Shown here one piece after another: positions 48,691-61,620 of a DNA stretch of 64,000 nt. The stretch's first letter is position 1. Every line of letters starts with the position of its first letter. The DNA comes from Camelus dromedarius. Lineage: Eukaryota. The stretch covers positions 107,386,001 to 107,450,000 of the forward strand of contig NC_087436.1 in the NCBI RefSeq assembly GCF_036321535.1. The letters run 5' to 3'. The notes beneath the pieces are model-generated. The model searched no databases. It was not told where the DNA came from and was given only the letters and a program-made list of their open reading frames with translations. Both the position numbers and the translations under genes were made by a program.

Positions 48691-51426
48691 GTCAGCTATT
48701 TATTTATTGAAAATCTTTATTCCACTAGACCAGAACTGCTCTATTAGGTACATGCTATAGAAGAATAACCATAACATTATCTCTGAAAATGTGGGAAGTT
48801 TGTTCTAATTAAATCCACATTTCATTGTTCGGGTTTCTTATAGTTGCAGATTTATAGACAACTTAAAAAAAAAAAAACCAAAGTTGTTCTGAATCAGTGG
48901 CATCATGTCCTGCCTTGTTCCAACACACAAAGACCCCAATTATACTACTTGGTTACTGCCTTCAAACGTATTTTTGGTAACATTTAAACAAAAAGAGTTC
49001 CAACCCAAAAAAACTATTGTTTTCTCTGAGATCCAAGAAAGTTTAATTAAAAATGCCAACATGATCAAGCAGGCTAAGAATGTTTTCTCATTATTCCCAT
49101 TAAGAGTCAGTAAGATTTGATTAACATTATTCTGACTGCGTTGGGCTCTGGTAGATCTGTGTATTTTCATTTAGTTATTCAACCCTAGTATATCCTATTA
49201 ATTATCTCTTTCATTCTCTCTGCCTTTCTCTTCTTCAGTATAACCTTTTTTTTTGCAAACAGCCTCAAGAGCTTTTTCCTTAAAATAGTAAGCATTATTT
49301 TAAGTGCTACAGTTAATTTTAGTCAAAACTTTAAATAATCATTCCAACTTAATTCATATCTCAGATTCTTCCTGTAAAAGGAATATGGGAGTTTTAAAAA
49401 ACGGAATTTTCCTAGTCTTAATATAATTTACTACGTAATTCAGTGTCTACCAAAGAATTAAAATGATTATTTATGTTCCCCAGACTCAGAGAATGAGGGA
49501 AACGTTGGAGTGTGCTGATTTTTTAAAACACAGTTGGAATTGTTTAGTAATGCTTCATTTGTATGCAGAAAGTGTAACACTTGTTGCTATACACTTCTGT
49601 GTGGGTTTCAAGGAAATGAAGGTGAGTCAGTTTATTGTCAAAGCATATATATTCAACACCCACCCCAAAATTAATTAAATGAGGTGCCAAGTTTGAAATA
49701 TTAAAAAGGTAGGAGTCTAAAATCCAAAGTTACGACTCCCAAATAAATGATAACTCACTCCCTCCCATATTTACAATATTAGATTCTTGGCTCCCTATAT
49801 ATTTCTGGGTAGGTGTGTGAAATGGTTTTCCATGGGGAAAATGCCTAGTTAGTACTCTTTTTCAGCCTGGCAATTGTGCTGGTATTTTTAAATATGTTAT
49901 GGTACCCGGGGGTGTTGAAAATGGTCATACGTTTTATAAGAAATATGAATAAATGTGAGATGGGGAATTATGCTGTAATTTCTGGGGAAATCATAATTCT
50001 GAATTGAATGTCTTTTGGGGTTTTTAAACCTCACCTGCATAAACATGAATATAAAATGTGAGTTTAAACAAAGGGAATCTATAATTACATTTTAGTTATT
50101 TTGTGTACTTAATTTCATGTCTACGTGTGTTTGTGGGCACACACAAGTTTTTGATTCTTGCTCTATGGGAAAAAAAGTCCCCCTCAAATTACAATGATAT
50201 TGAGAGATACTATATGAAACACAATTGCATAAAAAAGTTTCTGCTTTTTGTACTTGGGTTAGTTTCCCTTTCTAATTTTTTTATTTTTTGTTTCTTTAAG
50301 AATTAGTAAAAGAAAACAAAATGTTTTCTCTTCCCCACCTGCCCACAACCACTGCAGCAGGAAACTACCAGACCTGGATCATTTCATCCACCAGGTATGG
50401 ATTGATGTCCCCAGAAGGTAGCATTCTTGGCAGCGATTTTATACACAAAATGCTTTTCAACTTCATTTATCCAGGCTTCATTAAGTAAAGACTGGAAAGA
50501 ATTATTATTATTTCATATGATAAAAAAGCCTTAATTTATTCAGTTCTTTACTGAGGACATAAGGAAAGGAATTCTAAGGGATGAAGTATATCTTTTTTTC
50601 AGAAATGAGAAATTAAAGCTTTTGAATGACATTAGTGGCAAGGAATATTCGTCGATGAAGAGAATCAAATGCGGCATTCTGATTGACTCTTTGATGGCAA
50701 AAGGAAAAATATGGTGAGCTGTGCATTGGTGATGCTATGATCATTTTATTGCAAAATGGATGAAAGCCAGTCACTAACTGTGTTACAGCCAATTCTCTTT
50801 ACTCTGCTGTGTATTCTTTACCTCATGTTTCAGGTTTGAAGTAAAATGAAGAAAATATTTTTTTCTGGGTTGATATCAGACCTCAGTGATACATTTCACA
50901 TGAAATATTTAGCTGATGCCTGATGTATGGTGGGTCCTTAGCAAATGATAGTTCCTATCTCAAAACCAGATTTTTAAAAATATTTTTTTAACCATCTCTA
51001 ACACTAGATGTCCTTTCTCTTTAAAACTCTTACCTCACTCCCATGCTTACAATGTACAACAGCCTTATCTTAGTAAATACTTAATGATCACTTTCTCATT
51101 CTTTTAATGTTACTATTCATTTGCTTTTAAATTTGTAATTATAAGAAGCACTCTTTTCTTTCTACTCTGAAACTGTATGTTCAGATTTTTATTCATTAAA
51201 TGTCTTTTGGAACAAAGTTCCTCTTCTTTAAATATGAAATATTTTCATCATAGACACAATTCTTTCTATTTAAAGTATCTCCTTGTACTTTATTTTATCA
51301 GCAACTGCTGCATCTACAGATGACTGTAACATGTGAACCACCATTTTTCCTTAACTGTGAATTAATGAGAACATAAGTTTATGTAATTTAACTTTCTTTA
51401 TAGATTCCTCAACTTTGTTTCTAAGA

Positions 51427-51451
51427 AATAATAATGATGATGATGATGATG

Positions 51452-51499
<48 letters not shown>
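51427..51499 (+). repeat. compound (GAT)n(AAT)n microsatellite
   Basis: Directly visible; explains the poly-Y/poly-H ORF on the minus strand. Confidence 0.97.
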
Positions 51500-51500
<1 letters not shown>

Positions 51501-51642
51501 AAGTCCACTGCCTTAGCCTCCTGAACAATCAAGTTAAAATTCAAATTTAATAAACATTTTGGGAAGAAAACAAAATTATCTTTAAACTTCAAAGTTAGTT
51601 GGAATTAAGAAAGTGAGCAGGAAAAATTCAAAGTAACAATTT

Positions 51643-51738
51643 GTACACTACCCAACTCTGTGTTGTCTATAAGAAACCCACTTTAAATATAAAGATACAT
51701 ATAGATTAAAAGTAAAAGCATGGAGAAAATATACCAGG
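51643..51738 (+). mobile_element. internal L1 ORF2 endonuclease-domain fragment
   Basis: Translates PTLCCL*ETHFKYKDTYRLKVKAWRK (L1 EN motif CCLQETH); flanked by aaagtaacaattt / aaagtaacagttt. Confidence 0.8.
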
Positions 51739-52239
51739 AAAGTAACAGTTTCTTATGGTTGAACTTAAATGTGTCCCTTTGTGATGGTGCTTAATTTTAA
51801 CTACACAGATTGCATTCAGGATGCCTGAGCTCCTTTATCTAATCATAGGCTACCAAGAGTCTGTTTAGACATTCACCTGCGTTAATATGCATATTATTGT
51901 TCCTCAGTTTGGAAAATGAAACTTTGGACAGAATCCATTATCTGTGTGTGGAGGTTTGCCTGAGCAATTGTTTCCCAAATGCATATTAATCCTATTCTTG
52001 TTATTTTTAGCTCTAATCTCTCTAGGTCCTTGTGTTCTGAGCTCTTGGATAAAAACAGCTATTATAAGTAATGGGGAGCTGAGAAACTGCTTCCAAGTGT
52101 AACTGTAACTCTCAGAGACCTTGACCGTCCTGAGAGCATGATCTTCCATCCCGTGATGGATACTGGGCAGCAGTCACAGAAGACCTTTCACATGTCTCCT
52201 CATTATCCATAGTGAATTCCAACCAACATTAGTCCCCAA

Positions 52240-52395
52240 AATGCCTAGAAATTAGTGGTCAAAAATTGGGAAACGCTGTGTACTACAACCCCATTAAAGA
52301 GTCAACTTTTATATTACTGATCATAGTAAGGCTCTGAGAAGGCATGAAAAAGCCTGTTTAACTTTGTTTAAGCCAGAGTTCCCCCCAATTTTTTC
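52240..52395. mobile_element. hAT-Charlie fragment (Charlie4-like)
   Basis: ggtcaaaaattgggaaacgctg...aaggctctgagaag...cctgtttaactttgtttaagccagagttcccc. Confidence 0.55.
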
Positions 52396-52414
52396 AGGTA
52401 TGGCATATTAGTAT

Positions 52415-53100
52415 TGAATTATGATTAACATACAATATTATATTAGTTTCAGGCATACAACACAGTGATTCAATATTTTTATACATTACAAAATGATCAC
52501 AAGTCTAGTTACTTTCTGTCATCATACAAAGTTGTTACAGTTATTGACTATATTCCTTAAATGTACATTACATCCCTTTGACTTATTTATTTTACAGCTG
52601 GAAGTTTATACCTCTTAATCCCCTTTACCTATTTTGTCTGTCCTCCCCCCATTCCACCCCCTCTGTGATCACCAGTTTATTCTCTGTATCTATCTGTCTG
52701 TTCCTGTTTTGTTTTGCTTGTTCATTTATTTTGTTTTTTAGTTTTCATGTATAAGTGAAATCAAATGGTATTTGTTTTTCTCTGTCTGACTTATTTCACT
52801 CAGCATAATACTCTCCAGGTTCATCCATGCTGCTGCAAATGGCAAGATTCCATCCTTTTATGGCTGAGTAATATTCCATTGTATATATAAGACATATATA
52901 TATACATATATTTATATAGGTTGCTTCCATATCTTGGCTATTGTAAATAGTGCTACAATGAACATAAGGGAACACAGATCTTTTCAAATTAGTGTTTTCC
53001 TTTTTTTTTTTTTTTCAGATAAATATCTTGGAATAGAACTGCCAGATCATATGGTAGTTCTATTTTTAGTTTTTTGAGGCATCTCCATACTGTCTTCCAG
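52415..53100 (-). mobile_element. L1 3' UTR plus ORF2 end
   Basis: acatacaatattatattagtttcagg...tctgacttatttcactcagcataatactctccaggttcatccatg; MEYYSAIK fragment in the ORF track. Confidence 0.9.
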
Positions 53101-53369
53101 ATTTATTTGAGCATGGAATCCTTTAAACAAAACAGCTATAAAGACTTTTTCCCTTTTTACTTTTATCTGTTTTCTGAGTTTTCTGCAGTGAAAAACTATT
53201 ACTAGAAAAGAAAGCAACAAATGATGGAAAGTGAAACAATTAAAATTGCCACAGTAGTGGAGGAGAATGCCTGTGAGCAGTGGCTGAGTTTCTAACTCTC
53301 CTCGCCACATTTTTCTCACACATGAAGCACAGCCAAAATCACATTCTCCTACTCAGGTTACTGGTTAGA

Positions 53370-53640
53370 GCAGCAATTCTCAAAGCATATCCTATAGACC
53401 ATTCATTCCTTGAGATGTTCATGAATGCTCCACAAAAAGCGTTTCAAGGTCAAAAAACTTGGACTCTACAAAATCTTGATTGGACTTCTCAGAACCATTA
53501 ATGGTCTAATTCACACTGTACATCCCCAAAAGGGATGAATTTGCTGTGTCTCACCAAATGTGTTCGATTACATGTCATCTTTTTGTTAGAAATATCTTGA
53601 GGGACATCTTTCTACCAAAGCACTTTGGAGAACACTGGTT
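53370..53640. mobile_element. hAT-Charlie non-autonomous element
   Basis: TIR-like ends cagcaattctcaaag ... cactttggagaacactg. Confidence 0.55.
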
Positions 53641-55424
53641 TAAAATTTTAGCTCAGGAAGTATCTGAAGACTCAGAGAGGGTGGGGATTAAAATGGTTTT
53701 CAGCAGTTGACCTAAGAACCTGGCTGAACTCTGAGGTCTTATCAACAGAAAAAATACAGAGAAATTTGCCTACTGTTTGTCAGGGACAGCTTGGAAATCC
53801 AGGGACTTTGTTTTGATACGTCAAGGAAAGATAGATGGTATTTTCATAATGATGATAATGAATTTTATCTACATAACCAAAATATGTTTCCCAAAACCGA
53901 ATGAGGGTATGTGTGTGTGTGTGTTTCCCTTTCCTTTGGTCAGCCAACTCAGTGCTAATTCTGTTCCCAAAACAAGAGCAGTACTAAAGATACAAAGACA
54001 CTTAGGTGAGTCCAGGACCACGGAGAGTTAGCAGTTTCTTTGGTTAGTTAGGCAGCCATGCAAATAAGCCCAATATGGAGATGGCTGTAGGGACAAAGCT
54101 ATGTCTACACAGCCATCCGAGCAGAGAAAGGGGGCCCAGAGCGTGCAAAGATTCGCTTTAAGAAAGGCTTTCCAGAAGAGTACATTACTGAAATGAGACT
54201 CCCGAACCCCTTTCCACGCACTTCCCACCACTGCCCCCACTTGAAGACCTTATAAAGCACAGAAATGCATTCTGTCAATTTATCGTCTTTTCGTATCTCT
54301 GACAACAATGGCAATCTCTTCAAAATTTGAATTGAAAGCTATGTTTACCCAGTGGTAATAAAATAGCATCATTAAGATAATAAATGTGACCTCCTGTGCT
54401 TTTATATAGAACAAGAAATGATCACTAATGAGGACAGAAAAATAGAATTGGCTCCAAGAATGAGGTGGGGCTATCATTCAGATCATCCATGTTGAAGAAA
54501 TACTGAAAAATCCTCTCTCCTTGCTGACCGCAATCTGCTGCTGAATTGAACCTTTGGACCATTGAATCATTAATTTTAAAAAATCGCATTTTGCCAGCCA
54601 ATTACTCAGCATTCCGTGACATGATCAATGATGTTAAAGGTTTTCTGCTCATTGTATTAATCAATTAAGCACAGAATATAAACAAAAAACAACTGTCAGC
54701 TGATCTGGGTCCATGGCTGATGAACTGCTGTTGAAAACAATTAATAACGAAGTAATGCTGGAAAATTAAGGGCAAAGGCCTAATTGATTTTTCAAAAGTA
54801 AGAACACTCTAAATGCTCAATTAGTTAATAATTTGCCTACTAATTGATTTCTTCAAGGTGTCTGACTGGCAAAATTGAGAGAGGTTCTATAATCGCTTTC
54901 CTTCTACAAAAAGCCTGTTTCTAGGCGTCTAGGAAGGTTAAAAGATCACGTTAGACTCTCATTAATAGTGTAGGAAAATTTCTCCAAGGATAAAAAAGCA
55001 ACTATCAAAAACAAAGAAATCATCAGTGAATAAAACTCTGGGGAGCCTTCTAGGAAATAAACCAATTTCATGAAGAACACTAATAAATTAAATAGGAAAA
55101 AATAATGAAATGATACAAACATCCATTAGAAATAATAGGCATTTATCAAATGCGAAAGGACAAGTTTGAGACTGAGAGACTTGTGATTAAAATGCTTTTA
55201 ATTGCAGGTAATGAACTAAATAAGGAGAAATTAACAAGAATTTTTCTAATTATTTTTTATTCCCTAATTCTGTCTCCACTCTACAGGGCAACACTGTACA
55301 AGGTTACAAGACTTTCTGGTAATGGAACCTTATAAACAGTATGTAGATAGTGCAATAGAGATTACAGGTGTTAAAAACAATCTGAAAGCATCCTGGGGCA
55401 GTTTACAATGCTATTAGTATGAAT

Positions 55425-55800
55425 AGTAGTAGCTAACATTTACCAAATATTTACATGGGTCAGCCATTTTTCTCAGCATTTTCCATAGATTAGCTAATTT
55501 AATCATTGTAAATTTCTATGAGAAATCATCTTTCCAAAGAGTAAGTAGTATTTTCAGAATTTGAATACACGTCAAACCAGTTCAGGACTGATGTCCTGTT
55601 CTTTATGAAACCATGTGCTATTTTAGCACTCAGTGTAGATTTTCTTGTTTAATCTCACAACAGCCCTATGTGTTAGGTACTATTTTATCTATATTTTACC
55701 GGCTAAGAAATTCTGATCAAGTAATTTGCTCAAGGACCACTGGGGCAATACACAGCATCTTAGGAACTTACAGGACTAATATCAGAACACGTGGTCTTTA
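55425..55800 (-). mobile_element. two MIR SINE fragments
   Basis: agctaacatttacc...tttaatc and tttaatctcacaacagccctatgtgttaggtactatt...taatttgctcaaggaccac. Confidence 0.65.
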
Positions 55801-57984
55801 GGTACAAGTATGGGCAGACAGACCAAGCTTACACCACTAAGCAGCCAGGGACCTCAGATTTTTAACTGAGGGGTTTGATTCAAACTCCTCACTGCTCTTC
55901 TTCCTCCTCTCACTCCTCCCACAACTTTAATACAACCATGTAACTCCACTTCTTTTTCAAAAGTAGTGTGAAAATATTTTTAACAAGTACAAATTGTGTG
56001 TAAAAATTATAAGGTAGAAAGATATTTTTATGTCTAAATATTCTAAGTTCATTACTGTAAATTGTGTTATATGATAGCCAAAAAAAAAAAAGGTAGTTAA
56101 AATATCGAGCATACATTAGTTGTTGAACAAACGGCCAAAAAATAATTTCATCCTTAAAACCATCCATCAAGGCAGAGATGCAGAGGACCAAGAAGCTGGA
56201 AGAAAGAGACAGATGGGGTCCGCCCTGACCACAGGGGCAGGAGCTGGGACCCAGAGTCCAGGCTTTGGTCTTTAGCTTCATAGAAATCCATGCTAAGCAA
56301 CAGCTCCATGAGTTAACACCAAATGATCACTAATTAGCCCCAAAGAAAGGTTGCAAGTTTTTGCCTTCAGCCCTTCCAATCTCTTGGTTTATCCTCTGGG
56401 TAAACAGAGATGCAAATAGATTGGAGCCATAAACACATTTTAAAGAATCAGGAGCATCCATCTTTCTTCTTGGTTTATTCCTGAATAATCTTGTGTTGAA
56501 ACTGTCTGCTCTGAATAAAAGGTAAGACTCCTTAATTGGGGTTTTAAGATTCTAACCCAAGATCCCTTTCTTCCTTATTTCGCACTTGGACATCAGCTTT
56601 CGTACTGCTTTGTGTGGTTATGAGGATTAATCAGGTAATTTACCACTGTGCCTGGACATAGGCTAACATGCGTGTTAGTCAGCTCCCTTCCCCCTCCAGA
56701 GGCACACCCATCAGCCCTGCTTCCCACTTACTTCCTCACTGCACTGGAGAGGCAACTGCTGTAGCCAGGTATTGAACTGTGCTTCCCCAGCCTCCAGCCC
56801 CAGCCATCCAGGTCAGACCCTCCAAGCTGCACACTTTCTCACCACCTCTGCTCCTCCCCTTCTGTGGTTCTCTGTGGGTCTTCCCAACCTGAGTGAACGC
56901 CTGGGGTCCATTTTCTTTTTTCCCTTTGACCTTGTGCAGATGCTGCCCCCCATATGCATTGCCTGGGGTTAGGGATTACACAGAATATTGAGTACAAAGT
57001 GTTATCCTGGCTTTGGAGTTTCAGAATTTGCTCCTGAACCGCCTCATTTAAACAATAAACTTGAAATTAATTTCTTTTAATGTATGAGTATCAGAAATTT
57101 TTTTCTTCTCTTTCTCTCTCTCAAAAAAAAAAAAGTCCACAGTAATTTAGTTTTATGTTTGGAAGGTCACAATCCAAAGGAATTGAATCACAAACTGTAC
57201 GCCTAACAGTAGATTGGAAAATAGTCAGCTGAGGAACCTGAAGGCCATCAGGATAAGTGGATGAGGGTGTCCTTCTGAGAGAAGGAAATAGTGCCAACTA
57301 CCGATTTATGCTTCTCAAGAAATGGGGCAGGCCATGCTGGGGAGGGAGAAAGGAGGCAGGACAGAAACCACAGCTGGGTTTAGGGAGAACCCCAGGGTTA
57401 AGAGACCTCCACCAGTGCGGCGCACTTTGTTGATGAGACTTACAAAAATGTCACCACCACAAGCAGCAGCAGCACCAGTGTGTAAAGCAGCATCAGAAAC
57501 GGTGGCAAGCTGCTCCTGGATGGAGAGGACCAAAGTCAACCCACTGAGGTTTCTTCAGCTCTGGGGAGCATCAAAAAGCACCCGGAACTGTCTCATGATC
57601 TGAGAGGTTAAGAGAAGGGTGTAAGAGGGGACATCAAACCAGAAGGGATTTTTCATCAGGACGGGGCACATCTTGAGTGAGTGCATTAACCTGTTACCAG
57701 CAACAACGATGGGCAACTACATGAAGTTTCCTTATCGAGTACAACTCTTCAGGATAGCATTTACTCAGAGTTATTTCTTTTTTTAATGCCTGAGGTTGTG
57801 CTCTATGACCTAGTACGCACCCACCCCTCAGTGGAATGAGTTGATTTCAAGAGCTGCCTAAGCCCCACTAGATTGGCTAAAATGAATTGGAAGATTTGTC
57901 ACAATGAATTGAAAAATGAGTATGTTGTCTACAAGTAATATCAGCTTGAATACTTTTAATATGCTGCAGGTAAAAATATTTTGT

Positions 57985-58490
57985 GGCATACACTCATATT
58001 TATAATATCATTATTCTCAACAGCCAAAAGGTGGAAACAACCCAAATGTCCACAAATGGATAAACAAAATGTAGTATATACATGCAATGGAATATTATTC
58101 AGCCTTCAAAAGGAAGGAATTTTTGACATATGCTACAGAGATGAACCTTGAGGACATTAACCAGAAAGAAGTAAGCCAGTCACAAAAGGACAAATACTGT
58201 TATGATTCCATTTGCATGAGATGTCGAGAATAGTCAGATTCATAGAGATAGAAAGCAGAATCCCCTGTTGCAGGAAGGGAGAATGAGTAATTATTGTGGG
58301 TACAAAATTCCAGTTTTGCAAGATGGTAAGAGTTCTGTGACTGGTTCATGGTGATGGCAGCCCAACAAAGTGCATGTACTTAATGTCATTGAACAAGTGC
58401 ACTTAAAAATGGTTAAGATGGTAAATTTTGTATTTTGTGTAATTACTACAATTTTAAAAATTTTAAGATTAAGACAAAAAAAAAAAACCC
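57985..58490 (+). mobile_element. L1MB-type 3' end
   Basis: cagccaaaaggtggaaacaacccaaatgtcc...gccagtcacaaaaggacaaatactg...cacttaaaaatggttaagatggtaaatttt. Confidence 0.9.
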
Positions 58491-59676
58491 ATCTTGTAGA
58501 AAGACAAGGAACTTCTGTTTGTCTGTATGCACACAGCGCCTTCACAGAAATCTTTAAAATATATGCTCCTCTATACAAGAAATTTGCGTCACTACCCAGG
58601 GCTTTATAACTGCCAGCTTCACATCAAAGTCTCCTGAATTCAAGTCCAATGCTCTCTCCATTAACTCTAATAAATGCACATTTGAGTATCTGTGAGCAAA
58701 TAACAGAGACACAGCCACACAAGTACAAGTTTAATGTGTGTGGTTTTTATTAGGAGACAAAATAACAAATGCATTTCGCTGAGCATTTTAATGTTACCTT
58801 GAATTTGTAAATTTCCATCCAATTTATTTTTATACAAAAAGTACTTCCAGAATGTCTTTGATGTCCAATAATTTGACTAAGTGTACTTACAGATTTTGTT
58901 CTTTGAAATAGTAAATCAGGTTTACTAAGTATTTAAATACTATATGGTTCATTTCATTGTGTCTAACTCTAAACCAACAAAAAGTTGTCCTTGCCTTTTC
59001 TGTTAAAAGAGTATCTGAATTTCATGTGCTGCTTATTTTTACTGAAGTCCAATTAAAAAAATCTACTTATTGCATATATATTTGAAATAGAAAATAAATA
59101 GCTGTCATTAAAAGTTGAGAATTATTTTTATATTTATACAATATTTAAACATCATTAAAAAGAACTCGAATTCTAACACAGTAAAAGCTTACTTTTAAAA
59201 TGATAAAAAGAACAAATATATATTTGTGATAGTTTATTTTATTACATTTTGTATTTATCTCAAGTTTCATTTTGCTGTGGATTTAAAAAGAAATAGAACT
59301 TTTCCTGTTTCTACCATTAAACTTGGATGGGAAGTTGCACTGTATGGGAAAGAGCCCTGGCACAGGAACTGGGCACCCAAACTCTTCCGCTGTGCAACTG
59401 GGAACCAATTTCACCTCCTTTAAGCCCATTTTTCTCCCCAGTAGAGGAGTGAGAGTAGTTGGACAAATAGCTTCCCATCTTTTTTATTCCAAGACCGAAT
59501 GCTTCTGAGACTCTGGTGGGCACGTCAGCAGCCTGAGTGGTAAACCTATGCTCTTTTCTTCAACTAAGTTGGACTAAACCAACTCAATTTATAATTACCG
59601 ACGACCTTCATTAATGATGGTGATACTAATGACAGGTAAGATTTATCGAACACTCACTATGCACCAGGCACTGACT

Positions 59677-60143
59677 ATGGTAGATTGGTTCTAAAGACAG
59701 CCCCAGTTTCCCAATCCAACCCCATATCCATGCTCTCTGGAATGTGACTTTGCAGCTCCACCTGCACAAGGTGAAGTCTGTCTCCCCACTCTCTGAACCT
59801 GGGTTCGCTTTGTGACATGCTTTGCCCAACAGAACGCAAGGCTCTGAGACTCACTCCTGGAACTCTGCCATGACCAGGAGAACAAGCCCAGATGAGCCTG
59901 CGAGAGGATGGAAGAGCACATGAAGCAGAGGGCTCTCCTAGTCACGACTCCAGTCATGTGCGAGAGCCCAGCCAAGAGAAGCAAAGTTTCCTGGCTGACC
60001 CACAGCTCACCATGGATGCAGGAGTGAGCCCCCAGGAGCCCAGCTCAGCAGAACCACCACGCTGAAATAATAAAGGGTTATTGCTTTAAGCCACCAAGTT
60101 TTCATGTGGTTTGTTACACAGCATCATTGTGACAACAGATAAT
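59677..60143 (+). mobile_element. MaLR LTR (MLT1H-like) inserted in a MIR
   Basis: aatgtgactttgcagctcc...gaacctgggttcgctttgtgacatgcttt...ttgctttaagccaccaagttt...gtttgttacacagca; minus-strand MIR halves at about 59625-59676 and 60145-60290. Confidence 0.8.
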
Positions 60144-60352
60144 TTTCTCTGCTCTAAACACCTCGTATGGGTTTCTCATTTACTCCTCACAACAGCCTTA
60201 TGCAAGAGAGATTATTACTATTCCATACTATTCCTTAGACATAAGGAAACTGAGGCATAGAGAGTTTAATTTGCCCAAGATCACAAAACTACTATATTTT
60301 ACAGATTATAAGATGTCACCAATTACAAAAGGCACCATTATTTTCTATACCA

Positions 60353-60515
60353 CACAGGGAAATATATACAAGATCTTATGGTAGCTCACAGAGAAAGGAA
60401 TGTGACAATGAATATATATATGTTCATGTATAATTGAAAAATTGTGCTCTACACTGGAATTTGACACAACATTGTAAAATGATTATAAATCAATAAAAAA
60501 TGTTAAAAAAAAAAA
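60353..60515 (+). mobile_element. young L1 3' tip
   Basis: cacagggaaatatatacaagatcttatggtagctcac...gacacaacattgtaaaatgattataaatcaataaaaaatg plus A tail. Confidence 0.9.
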
Positions 60516-60624
60516 GATTACAACTAATGATAGCGCCAGAGAACTTATTAAAAATGTCAATTCAAAAAAAAAAAAAGATACATCCTAACTCTGAGATGTT
60601 AAAACACCAAAAGGAATTCTCATG

Positions 60625-60915
60625 TTTTGGTGGTTGCCAGGGGCTAGAGGGAGATGAAAAGAAGAGTTTAGGGCAGTGAAACTATTTTATAAAATGTACA
60701 ACACCAAGAACAAGCCCTGATGTAAATTATGCTCGGGTTGGGGGATTATGATGTGACAATGTAGGTTCATCAGCTGTAAGAGAGGTACCACTCTGGTGGG
60801 GGGCAGTGATGGGGAGGCTAAGCACATGGGGGCAGGGGACATATGGGAACTCTGTACATTCCCCTCAAGTTTCCTATGAACCTAAAACTGATCTAAAAAG
60901 TAAAGTATATTTTAA
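60625..60915 (+). mobile_element. L1MC1-like 3' end
   Basis: gggcagtgaaactatt...tgtacaacaccaag...tgtaggttcatc...atatgggaactctgtac...gaacctaaaactgatctaaaaa. Confidence 0.8.
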
Positions 60916-61620
60916 AAGACCACAGAAAAGAATAAATGCATCTTAGAATTAATAAAATGAGGAAGAGGTGGGGCCAGGTCTTTGGGCTGGCCATTTTACT
61001 TATTTGAAGTAATTTAAGGTACTTGAGTATTCAACTGGTAGTCTGGGAATTGTAACCACCTTTTACGCTCTCCAGAATGGCAGACATAAGGAAACTGCTC
61101 CTCTTAAAAATCCTTTGTTAGTGCTCTGGAATTAAAATTTTTTCTCTGCCCAGTTCTGTGAACTGTGCTATATCCCTTATGCTCCAACCAGGACTTCCTT
61201 CTATTCTTTGCTGTATACTTCACTGCCTGCATTATGTCATTAACATTTCCTCTTTCTAAATCCCTCTCTGGTTGATAGTCTAAAAATTTCTCCAATTTAT
61301 CTATGTCTCTTGGAAGAAATTAGATGTTCACTTACTAAATATAGTATTAACGAGACCTAATCACTAATGCTGAATTAGATTAATTACCTTGCTTGTTTGG
61401 AATGTGACACTCATCAATCAATTAATATTCCACATATGTGTGATTGCCCCATTGTATTCCCTGAGATAGATTAGTCTGACCATGGTTTTTGGAGGTAGAT
61501 AGACCAAGATCAAATATTGCTTATTCCTACCACTTGCTATTTGTATAACCTTGAATAAGGTATTTAACACCTTGAGATCCAGTGTCTTCATATATAAATG
61601 TATATAAACAAATTTCAGCC

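Larger units (their letters stand above)
60292..60960. mobile_element. Tc2-type DNA transposon (MER104/Kanga-like) split by two L1 insertions
   Basis: Pieces tatattttacagattataagatg...gcaccattatttt, catcctaactctgagatgttaaaa and tgcatcttagaattaataaaat resemble the two TIR regions. Confidence 0.55.

Noticed and set aside
51398..51592. Poly-Tyr/poly-His ORF
   Set aside because: Microsatellite translation.
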